This document shows, in pieces, positions 57,130 to 64,000 of a DNA stretch of 64,000 nt. Positions within the stretch are counted from its first letter, which is position 1; each line of letters begins with the position of its first letter. The stretch covers positions 248,001 through 312,000 of the IMG/VR virus record IMGVR_UViG_3300003322_000571. One strand, given 5' to 3'. The notes below the pieces were generated by a model. It was not told the DNA's origin, searched no databases, and saw nothing but the letters and a program-made list of their open reading frames with translations. A program made the translations under genes and the position numbers.

Positions 57130-57301
57130 TTAGTTGTTCCTGTACTTGGCGTTTACCTAGCGTTCTGTCGTGTTTGTGAATGAAACGTTTAAGTTGTCTG
57201 CGTGCTTCTCGAATCTCTTTGCGGTTCGATGCTGTTTCAGCGTCAGCAAGGAGTTCAAATTGTTCCTTAAGCAGTGCGTCCGTCTTGTCCTTTGGCTTCA
57301 T
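57113..57301 (-). CDS. Small basic helical hypothetical protein
   Basis: ATG 57301 with RBS GGGAG; MKPKDKTDALLKEQFELL... Confidence 0.45.
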   Translation of the reverse strand: MKPKDKTDALLKEQFELLADAETASNRKEIREARRQLKRFIHKHDRTLGKRQVQEQLNGNDD

Positions 57302-57461
57302 CAGTTTTCTCCCATCCAAATACTTCAGCAAGGCATTTGTGCAGCCTTGCTTTACTTTCCTCAGTCCAAGGAGGAATGTCAGCAGGGTCACATGACCAAA
57401 CGCTGATTTCTCCTCGTTCATATGCAGCCATCATTTGTTGTCGGATAGATTCTTCTGTCAT
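57267..57461 (-). CDS. Small hypothetical protein
   Basis: MTEESIRQQMMAAYERGEIS..., 64 aa, after the nrdA hairpin. Confidence 0.45.
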   Translation of the reverse strand: MTEESIRQQMMAAYERGEISVWSCDPADIPPWTEESKARLHKCLAEVFGWEKTDEAKGQDGRTA

Positions 57462-57475
57462 TTCATTCTCGTATA

Positions 57476-57502
57476 TAGAAAGAGACGCCGAAGCGTCTCT
57501 CT
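57476..57502 (-). terminator. UUCG hairpin / terminator after nrdA
   Basis: - strand reads AGAGACGC-TTCG-GCGTCTCT-TTCT. Confidence 0.7.
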
Positions 57503-57507
57503 TTACC

Positions 57508-59205
57508 TTATTGACATGCGACGCATTCGTCTTTGTCTTTGGAAGCCTGAACACCAGCCTTACTGTACACGTAGTACAAACCAAGAATGTCGTCGTTCAG
57601 GATCGCTTCGCGGTGAACATCGTTGATGTACGATTCATCTTCACCAGCAGAGAAGAACACATTCAAACTCTGCCATTGATCGATGTATTTACCGCGCGTA
57701 GCTGCCATGCGAATAACTGCATGCTGATTGATTTCGAAAGCAGTTTTGAACACGTCTTTCTCGTGATCAGTCAGCCAGCTAACGCCCTGGACAGAGCCCA
57801 TTGCATCGCGCACTTCTTCGATATTCTTCTTGTTGTACACGCCCTTCTTCTTCATCAAGTCGAGCAAGAACGGGTTGACACGGTCAACTTCACCGCCAGC
57901 TGTACGTTGTGTGAACACCATAGCCGTATCAGGATTGATACCTTCTGAGTAACCACCCATAATCAGAGCAGTACTCTTTGTCGGCGCAACTGCCAGCAAG
58001 TGGCTATTTGCACGACCGTATCCCTTCAACCATTCTGGTTCGCCCCACCATTCAGCGAGCTTCTTCGTTGCGATCTCAGCTTCCGAGCGCATGTGCTTGA
58101 AGATTTCTGCGTTTAGCAGGCTGGCATCAAGCGACTCGAACGGCATCATTTCCTTTTGGAACAGCGAATGCAATCCAAGCAAACCAAGGCCGAGAGCACG
58201 TGACTTCTTCGTGAATGCAACAGCACGTTCAAGACCACGAATGTTCTTAGCACGTTCAATGAATTCCTGTGCGACAGCGTCAAGGAACACAATACCGACT
58301 TGAACCAAGTCCGTATCCTTCCAGTCGTGGTAGAATACTGCATTGACGCTAGCGAGGACGCACGTATATGTGTAGTCTACGCTGGAATGCAATGTAATTT
58401 CGTTACACAGCTGGGCAGCCTTAACATCGAGTCCGTGGTCAAGATACCACTGAGGACGCTTTGCGTTGACCTTGTCAGGGAAGAAGAAGTAGCCCTTGCC
58501 GGTAACCATCTTCGTCTTCATCACTTTAGCGTAACGCTTCAGTGCTTCAGGATCGCGTGCCGTTAGACGTTCAATGAACTTGTTCGACAGGTTCCAACCA
58601 ATGTTGTTACCGTCTGGGTTTTGTTCAAGATACGTGACTACTTCGTAGAAGTCACCGTGATCGATTGGTACGTAGCCAGCCCAAGAACCACGACGTGCGG
58701 TACCTTGCGAAACATACTCCATGTCCTTCTGGAAACCTTCGATGATAGGAAGGATACCAGACGACTTGCCACCACCAAAGATTTCAGCACCGCGAGGACG
58801 AACGTCACCAAGATATCCAGAAGTTCCAAAGCCATACTTCGTCAGCATAGCTGTTTCAAGTTTAGCTTGGTAGATTCCGTAGATTGAATCGTCAACGTAC
58901 GTACCAGCACACGAAACAGGCAAACCTCGCGTCGTACCAACGTTAGCGAGAACAGGAGTAGAAGGGCTGAGCCAACCTTTCCACATTACGTCGAAGAACT
59001 TCTTCGTCCACAGTTCAGGATCCTTCGTATGCGTTGCCAAAGTACGTGCAATTCGCATGTATTGTTCGTACGGATTGGCAGCCTGGTACAGGTACTTTTC
59101 TTTGAAAAGCTGCCACCCACCTGTACTCCACCATTCAGGCATTAGACCTTCTGCCTGTAGTTTCTTTCGCTCCTCCGAGAGCTGACGGTAAATGTTATCA
59201 CTCAT
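57508..59205 (-). CDS. nrdA: Class I ribonucleotide reductase alpha subunit (compact, no ATP cone)
   Basis: SPSTPVLAN, PVSC, QGTARRG, LC.EI, LAVAPT.S, QWQSLN, LYYVYS, C-terminal CVACQ. Confidence 0.95.
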   Translation of the reverse strand: MSDNIYRQLSEERKKLQAEGLMPEWWSTGGWQLFKEKYLYQAANPYEQYMRIARTLATHTKDPELWTKKFFDVMWKGWLSPSTPVLANVGTTRGLPVSCAGTYVDDSIYGIYQAKLETAMLTKYGFGTSGYLGDVRPRGAEIFGGGKSSGILPIIEGFQKDMEYVSQGTARRGSWAGYVPIDHGDFYEVVTYLEQNPDGNNIGWNLSNKFIERLTARDPEALKRYAKVMKTKMVTGKGYFFFPDKVNAKRPQWYLDHGLDVKAAQLCNEITLHSSVDYTYTCVLASVNAVFYHDWKDTDLVQVGIVFLDAVAQEFIERAKNIRGLERAVAFTKKSRALGLGLLGLHSLFQKEMMPFESLDASLLNAEIFKHMRSEAEIATKKLAEWWGEPEWLKGYGRANSHLLAVAPTKSTALIMGGYSEGINPDTAMVFTQRTAGGEVDRVNPFLLDLMKKKGVYNKKNIEEVRDAMGSVQGVSWLTDHEKDVFKTAFEINQHAVIRMAATRGKYIDQWQSLNVFFSAGEDESYINDVHREAILNDDILGLYYVYSKAGVQASKDKDECVACQ

Positions 59206-59219
59206 TGTTGTTCTTGTTG

Positions 59220-60218
59220 TTAGAATGTGAACGCAGCTTCGTTCCAGTCGCGCTGGTATTGGTTACCTTGTGAGCTGAAGAAGTCTTGCATCTGGTAGCC
59301 GTTGATTCCCTTGTAGAACCATTCAGCAATTGGGTTGTATTCAACCTTGTACAGGTTCTCGTAGCCGAGGTTACGGAGGCACAGGTTGATACGTGATTGA
59401 ACGAAGTGTTCGAGTTGGACTTCTGTGATCGAAGCAATCTTGCCCTTCTCGAACAGCTTTTTGATGATCTGTACTTCGTGCTCAAACACCGTCTTAGCAG
59501 CAAGATAGATGTCAGCCTTCAGTGATTCTTGTTCTTCCTCAGACAAAAGTCCAAGTTCGATCAGTTCTTGCTTGAGTGTGCGGAATAGCCAACCTGCAGC
59601 TTCAGCATGGAGATTCTCGTCGCGCGATGAGAAATTAATGCCGCTGACGATGTTGAGGGCTTTGTTCTTACCTTGGCTCTGGAAGTGCTTGAGGAACGCG
59701 AAGCTGCTATACAAAATAGCACCCTCACCGAACGTGAATGCACCGAGAGCACGCAAGTCATCCTTGTTATCGAGGACAGAACGAAGGAAGTCAACACGGT
59801 CCTTTAGAACTGGATCGTTTGTGTATTCGTTATAGAAATCATCTGTTGCAAGGCCGAGTTCTTCGTTAATCTTCGAATAGAACTTAGCGTGTACTGCGAG
59901 TTCCATGGCAGCGAACAAAGCAGCCATAGGCTGAATGTCGGCAGCGCGGGGGAACTTCTTGAACACAAAGTTGAGCCAGAATTCATCACCGATGATCTGT
60001 TCGTACTTCGTGAATAGTTTGAGCGTCGTAATCGTCGCGTGACGCTCTGCTTCCGTCATGTTGACGAGAATGTCTTGTTTGTCCTTGTGGACCTTCACTT
60101 CTTTCCATGGCCAGAACACAGCTGCTTGTTGATCAGCGTATTCGCATGCTTCTGGATAGTCGACGGTGAATGTTGCTTTTGGTTGTTGAATCCTTGGGAG
60201 GATGGTTGAGGTAGTCAT
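59220..60218 (-). CDS. nrdB: Class I ribonucleotide reductase beta subunit
   Basis: FWPWKEV, ELAVHAKFY, EGAILYSSF, RDENLH, DFFS...QY. Confidence 0.95.
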   Translation of the reverse strand: MTTSTILPRIQQPKATFTVDYPEACEYADQQAAVFWPWKEVKVHKDKQDILVNMTEAERHATITTLKLFTKYEQIIGDEFWLNFVFKKFPRAADIQPMAALFAAMELAVHAKFYSKINEELGLATDDFYNEYTNDPVLKDRVDFLRSVLDNKDDLRALGAFTFGEGAILYSSFAFLKHFQSQGKNKALNIVSGINFSSRDENLHAEAAGWLFRTLKQELIELGLLSEEEQESLKADIYLAAKTVFEHEVQIIKKLFEKGKIASITEVQLEHFVQSRINLCLRNLGYENLYKVEYNPIAEWFYKGINGYQMQDFFSSQGNQYQRDWNEAAFTF

Positions 60219-60413
60219 GCTAACAGCGCAATCCTTGTAGTTATTTTTGTTTGGATCGCCGGAGGAACCGGGGACACTTGAGTGAAGATAATTGAGGCGA
60301 GCGGCTATTTATAACCCGTCTTCAAGACCTCAAAAAAGGTTTAGTAACCCCTTGATCTTCAATGTGTCATTCTTATTGTTGTTCAATCTTACGTCAAAAT
60401 TGAACAACCTAAA

Positions 60414-60442
60414 ACAGGAAAGGCCGCACAAGGCGGCCTTTC
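60414..60442 (-). terminator. Intrinsic terminator
   Basis: - strand reads GAAAGGCCGC-CTTGT-GCGGCCTTTC-CTGTTTT. Confidence 0.75.
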
Positions 60443-60480
60443 GTTTATTAGTTGAGTTTCGCTCAACCGAATGTGTTTAA

Positions 60481-60834
60481 TTACTGAACGGTTGGTGGTT
60501 CACGTTCCGCGAGATCAGCGATTGCTGATGCAACAAAACCTTGCAGCTCATCTTCAGTCAGCTCGTGGACAGCTGGTGGGTGTCCAGCTAGCACTTCACC
60601 ATCAAGTCCGATAGAATACAGGCCACCGTCAGTAACTCTCTTCTTATCTTCTGACAAGTTAACGAGAACGAGATGTTGGAAAGTCAGTTCCGTGTAACGA
60701 TCGCCTTCAGGCACGGTAAACACTTGACCTTCTTCGGCTACCTTGTTTTGTTCGTCAAGAGGGAAGCAAGCAAATGAGATGTCGTGTCCGGCTTGTGTCG
60801 GAATGCGAAAGATAATTGAGTTTACTTGTGTCAT
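60481..60834 (-). CDS. Hypothetical protein
   Basis: 117-aa ORF 9 nt downstream of the Acb1-like gene. Confidence 0.6.
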   Translation of the reverse strand: MTQVNSIIFRIPTQAGHDISFACFPLDEQNKVAEEGQVFTVPEGDRYTELTFQHLVLVNLSEDKKRVTDGGLYSIGLDGEVLAGHPPAVHELTEDELQGFVASAIADLAEREPPTVQ

Positions 60835-60843
60835 ATTGTTTTC

Positions 60844-61374
60844 TTATTTGGTAGATTTGCTTGCCCAGTCAAGGTCTAAGTCTTCGCCGTATTCGTCTAC
60901 GATTTTGATCTCACCTAGAAACTTCGTAACATCCGGCAATTCCTTTTCATCAAGGTCGCCAATATCATATGATAGCGTGATGTGTGGCAAATAGTCTGGG
61001 AAGTCGTAAGATGCGTTGTGCTCATCCATTAATGATTTGTGACGGTCACTTAGTTCAGTGCACTTGTACTTCAAAACGAGACATCGTTTCTCAGGTTCGT
61101 CACGGTTCTTCCCTTTTGTTGGCCATACATCTAGCTCAGACGGTGTTCCAATCCACGGAGGACTGATTTTGCCTTGAGCTGTGTAGTCTGGACAATATTT
61201 CCGACTATACAACAACGTTGTGTGCATCTTCCCAGGTGCCACACCGTTTGGAATGTTGTTTTCGTGGATATAGTCCTGCAATGCATCGACAGTTGCTTTG
61301 TCGAATTTCACTGCTGCGTATGTTCCGCGTGTTTCTTCAGTTTGCTCTTTTTCGTATAGGTCAGACCACTTCAT
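60844..61374 (-). CDS. acb1: 2H phosphoesterase, Acb1 (T4 gp57B)-like anti-CBASS nuclease
   Basis: GTYAAVKF, MHTTLLYSR (HxT 1), LVLKY.C.EL..RH, DFPDYLPHITLSY (HxT 2): the layout of T4 57B/Acb1. Confidence 0.8.
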   Translation of the reverse strand: MKWSDLYEKEQTEETRGTYAAVKFDKATVDALQDYIHENNIPNGVAPGKMHTTLLYSRKYCPDYTAQGKISPPWIGTPSELDVWPTKGKNRDEPEKRCLVLKYKCTELSDRHKSLMDEHNASYDFPDYLPHITLSYDIGDLDEKELPDVTKFLGEIKIVDEYGEDLDLDWASKSTK

Positions 61375-61483
61375 TCCTTTATTCTTTCGTGGTGTTACTG
61401 ACGTTTTTGTCAGTAAGGCCCTCGTTAAGAGTGTTGGGCACCACTAGATCAACCTCGTACGAGGTTGATCTATTTACGACTGT

Positions 61484-62566
61484 TTAGTTGTCAACTTCGA
61501 ATCCCGTGAGGCCCTCTTTCAAGCCGTTTGGAATAACCTTTTGCCCCATCATCCAGTGTTGGGTCGTTTGAATATGATTAGCTCGGACGTATTTGCCAAC
61601 CATTGATTTGAACTGACTGTAGTGGAAAGGCTCGTCAACGCGTATGACGTAGCCTTCAATTTCGCCACCAGCAGCTTTTCGTTCTTTCTCGAGTTTGGCG
61701 TAGATACTTTCGATCTTTTGACGATCATATTCACCCCAGTAAATGACTGGGCACGGTTTAATACCCAGCAACTGGAACCATTCCAGTTGTTGAGTCCAAT
61801 CAAGCATCACATTCTTATCGTTCCATACGGCGAATCCGTATGCGTACGTTTCCAAATCTTCATACTTGATCGAATGCTTTGCGTACACGTTTTCAACGTT
61901 AATACGCCATCCTTCGGGAATATCTCCTTGAATCCGGCCGTGCAAGGCACGAACCCAGTTTCGAGAAGGATGCCCTCCAGATGTTACACTACGTGCATGA
62001 ATATGATCATTATACATCGTAGTGTTTTCACCATCAAGTTTCTCCATCACAACGACGCGTTTACCGTTGAAGACGTTAACATCAGGCATCATCCGGTCGT
62101 CACTGTGCATACCAGGACTCCACGGCAGATGATACGTCCGTGGGTACTTGACATGTTGGACGAACAGTCCAAGAACACCGCCCTTGTCGAGGATCTTTTG
62201 AACACTTTCGTCTTCAAACAGGTCACCACGGAGACGAGTTCCGTTATCCATGATAATATTACCCCACTTGTCATACACTTGATCCTCGTACAGATGAGGT
62301 GGCAAGACGGGTTTGGTAATACCAAGTAGTGCTCTGATATTTTCAACAGAGAACGTGTCATGAGTTGTCATTTCACATTCAAGATGATGTTCCTCGCAGA
62401 CGGAAGCACCATTGTTCAAATAGTAGCCGCCGTCAGGGAAGAGTCGTCGTTCGAGAATGTGATGTGCATCGACTGCAGGTTTATCGCAGAAGATGCAAGT
62501 GTGTTTGTCACGTGCGAACACACCTTCGCGGAATTGATCCCGCGTAAGGAGTTTTGTTCCATCCAT
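61484..62566 (-). CDS. HNH-domain / ATP-dependent RNA ligase fusion
   Basis: Start moved to ATG 62566. N-terminus VFARD..TCIFC...AVDAHHI...NNGASVCEEHH (HNH); C-terminus KYPRTYHLPWS, EKLDGEN (adenylated Lys), EGYVIR, KYVR. Confidence 0.85.
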   Translation of the reverse strand: MDGTKLLTRDQFREGVFARDKHTCIFCDKPAVDAHHILERRLFPDGGYYLNNGASVCEEHHLECEMTTHDTFSVENIRALLGITKPVLPPHLYEDQVYDKWGNIIMDNGTRLRGDLFEDESVQKILDKGGVLGLFVQHVKYPRTYHLPWSPGMHSDDRMMPDVNVFNGKRVVVMEKLDGENTTMYNDHIHARSVTSGGHPSRNWVRALHGRIQGDIPEGWRINVENVYAKHSIKYEDLETYAYGFAVWNDKNVMLDWTQQLEWFQLLGIKPCPVIYWGEYDRQKIESIYAKLEKERKAAGGEIEGYVIRVDEPFHYSQFKSMVGKYVRANHIQTTQHWMMGQKVIPNGLKEGLTGFEVDN

Positions 62567-62567
62567 T

Positions 62568-62780
62568 TTAGTAATCTCTATAGTCGTGCTCAGACGTACA
62601 GTTATTCTGTGCCTTAGCGTCGTTATATGCACAACTCCAAATTGAAGCAACTAGTACGCCGAGTATTACGAATGGCATGCTGTCTGACGCATAGACGCAT
62701 ACAGCAACGATCGCACCAATTATAATAGCCAGTACAATTAGATAAACTGTGGCTTGGACAGCAGCTTTTTTATCCATCAC
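62568..62780 (-). CDS. Small two-TM membrane protein
   Basis: Two hydrophobic segments; 70 aa. Confidence 0.6.
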   Translation of the reverse strand: MMDKKAAVQATVYLIVLAIIIGAIVAVCVYASDSMPFVILGVLVASIWSCAYNDAKAQNNCTSEHDYRDY

Positions 62781-62816
62781 ATTTCATCCTCCAAATAGTG
62801 TCTTTAGTATTTCTTG

Positions 62817-62990
62817 TTAACCCAAATGCATACGTACGAAGATCCAGATTAATCCAAATACTGCTGCAAACATCAGTATAGCGAGTAACCACGGATATAG
62901 AACAGTAAGCATTGCCACACCTATGATCAAGGTAGCAAGAAGTCCCATGATGCCAAGCGTAATCAGTGTCGTCCGCAGGATGATGTTCAT
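62817..62990 (-). CDS. Small two-TM membrane protein (57 aa; not in the ORF track)
   Basis: TGATG coupling to the DHFR stop; MNIILRTTLITLGIMGLLATLIIGVAMLTVLYPWLLAILMFAAVFGLIWIFVRMHLG. Confidence 0.6.
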   Translation of the reverse strand: MNIILRTTLITLGIMGLLATLIIGVAMLTVLYPWLLAILMFAAVFGLIWIFVRMHLG

Positions 62991-63661
62991 CACTTTCTCT
63001 TCCAGACAGTGAATTTCAGGTCAGGAGCACCTTCGTGCTTGAACTCCTGAGTAATATCAAAGTGCTTCAGCGTGTAGGCAATCGGAAACTTACGATCGCC
63101 TTCAACGTCCTTGTTGACGACAGTGATGTACAGTGTGTCGCAATAAGCGATACCTTCACTGTAAATCCCTTCACCACCGCAAATAAACACCGTTTTCGTT
63201 TCACGTTCCTCGAACGACAGATGCTTCTCCAATTCGCCAAGGTTGGCGATCGCAATAGCGTTGTCCTTTTCAAGCGGGCGAGACGTAACAACGAAGCATT
63301 TACGTCCGGGAAGGACGCTCTTTGCAGCTTTGTCGCCGAGGTGATTTGTGATATCTTCGTACGTCGTGCGACCCATCACACAAATGTGACCTTGAGTCTT
63401 ACCTTGGAACCACTTGAAATCTTCAGGGTAATTCCACGGAATCTTGCCATCCTTAGCGAATGAACCAGCAAGGTCGACGGCAACAATTGCAGCGTACTTT
63501 GTCCGCGGCATATTGTTGATTTCGTTTTGTGTGACTTGTGCCCATCGTTGTGCGTCTTGCACCTTCCGTTGGAATTCAAGTTGTTCAGCGTGCACACGTT
63601 GCATGTACTCTTGGTACAACCGGTGCATTTCTGCTTCTTGTTGCTTTTGCTCGTCGTTCAT
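62990..63661 (-). CDS. folA: Dihydrofolate reductase with a Gln-rich N-terminal extension
   Basis: IVAVD..G..AKDGKIPW..PEDFKWF, VMGRTTYE, LPGR...VVT, ICGGEGIY, GDRKFP. Confidence 0.92.
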   Translation of the reverse strand: MNDEQKQQEAEMHRLYQEYMQRVHAEQLEFQRKVQDAQRWAQVTQNEINNMPRTKYAAIVAVDLAGSFAKDGKIPWNYPEDFKWFQGKTQGHICVMGRTTYEDITNHLGDKAAKSVLPGRKCFVVTSRPLEKDNAIAIANLGELEKHLSFEERETKTVFICGGEGIYSEGIAYCDTLYITVVNKDVEGDRKFPIAYTLKHFDITQEFKHEGAPDLKFTVWKRK

Positions 63662-63975
63662 TTCTTTTTGGGCTTAAGGATTCGAACAGTTCCGGTTTTA
63701 CCGTGGACGTTAACTTTGTACAGTTCGTACATTTCATTGAAATCGTTCCGCTTCAGCTGTTTTACTTCCAGCGTGAAGTTGCCGATCTCTTCAATGATTG
63801 CCTCACGCGACTTGCCTGCAGCAATCAGTTCACGTTTACGGCCTTCAACAATCACGCTGTACATGCTGCTGACGCCTTCGCCATAAACCATCATTTCGAA
63901 CACCATCAGTGAATTGATCTTGACGTGATTTTCGTCGAACAAAGCAACCGAATCAACAAATAAAAAAGGGGCCAC
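63658..63975 (-). CDS. Hypothetical protein (start uncertain, possibly 63894)
   Basis: ORF coupled to DHFR by an ATGA overlap. Confidence 0.5.
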   Translation of the reverse strand: MAPFLFVDSVALFDENHVKINSLMVFEMMVYGEGVSSMYSVIVEGRKRELIAAGKSREAIIEEIGNFTLEVKQLKRNDFNEMYELYKVNVHGKTGTVRILKPKKK

Positions 63976-63988
63976 GAAGGCCCCTTTG
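63961..63988 (-). terminator. Intrinsic terminator of an upstream unit
   Basis: - strand reads AAAGGGGCC-TTCGT-GGCCCCTTTTTTA. Confidence 0.75.
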
Positions 63989-64000
63989 ATGAACAGGCAA

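Noticed and set aside
56803-57183. + strand ORF starting MVDLAGIEPAS
   Set aside because: Antisense artefact of the tmRNA T-arm; it overlaps better - strand features.
3501-63912. Most short opposite-strand or alternate-frame ORFs in the track (e.g. 25226-25858, 35645-36280, 41483-42094, 52472-53392, 57274-57948, 61622-62329)
   Set aside because: They lie fully inside motif-supported genes, lack RBS and motifs, and reflect antisense codon bias.
1-64000. Alternative genetic code (stop-codon recoding)
   Set aside because: Long genes (9.7 kb wedge, polymerase, RNR, topoisomerase) are intact under the standard code, and TAA, TAG and TGA all act as stops.
1-64000. Integrase, transposase or prophage boundary
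   Set aside because: None was found; the whole window is consistent with a lytic phage genome.

Overview
This is a 64 kb, densely coding segment of a large tailed phage genome, T4-superfamily or jumbo myophage-like, using the standard genetic code. No host-chromosome markers are visible. From left to right it holds: the N-terminus of a tape-measure-like gene; a gp26/gp51-like tail-assembly chaperone pair joined by a T TTT TTT -1 slippery site; a ~410-nt hairpin-dense non-coding block; RuvC-like resolvase, gp46/gp47 (SbcCD) and the gp55 late sigma factor; a + strand baseplate operon (tube initiator, LysM/gp53, hub-lytic transglycosylase fusion, gp5/VgrG spike, gp25, gp6, a 3239-aa wedge protein); a PAAR tip with no His or Cys; replication genes (RNase H, sliding clamp, family-B polymerase, dsbA-like, gp41 helicase, primase, two-subunit type II topoisomerase); a His-x-His repeat fibre; nucleotide metabolism genes (dCMP deaminase, HAD nucleotidase, nrdA/nrdB, DHFR); a ClpP-like protease next to a circularly permuted two-piece tmRNA (tag ANEGNFRLAA); and an Acb1-like 2H phosphoesterase next to an HNH-RNA ligase fusion. 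A TAAATA late-promoter motif marks at least 18 gene starts. The best leads are the permuted tmRNA plus ClpP module, the unexplained structured element at 1840-2252, the topoisomerase operon with SprT, phosphoesterase and AAA ATPase (possible DNA-protein crosslink repair), and the 2H/RNA-ligase counter-defence cluster with its structured leader. All product calls come from reading motifs by eye; no database searches were run.
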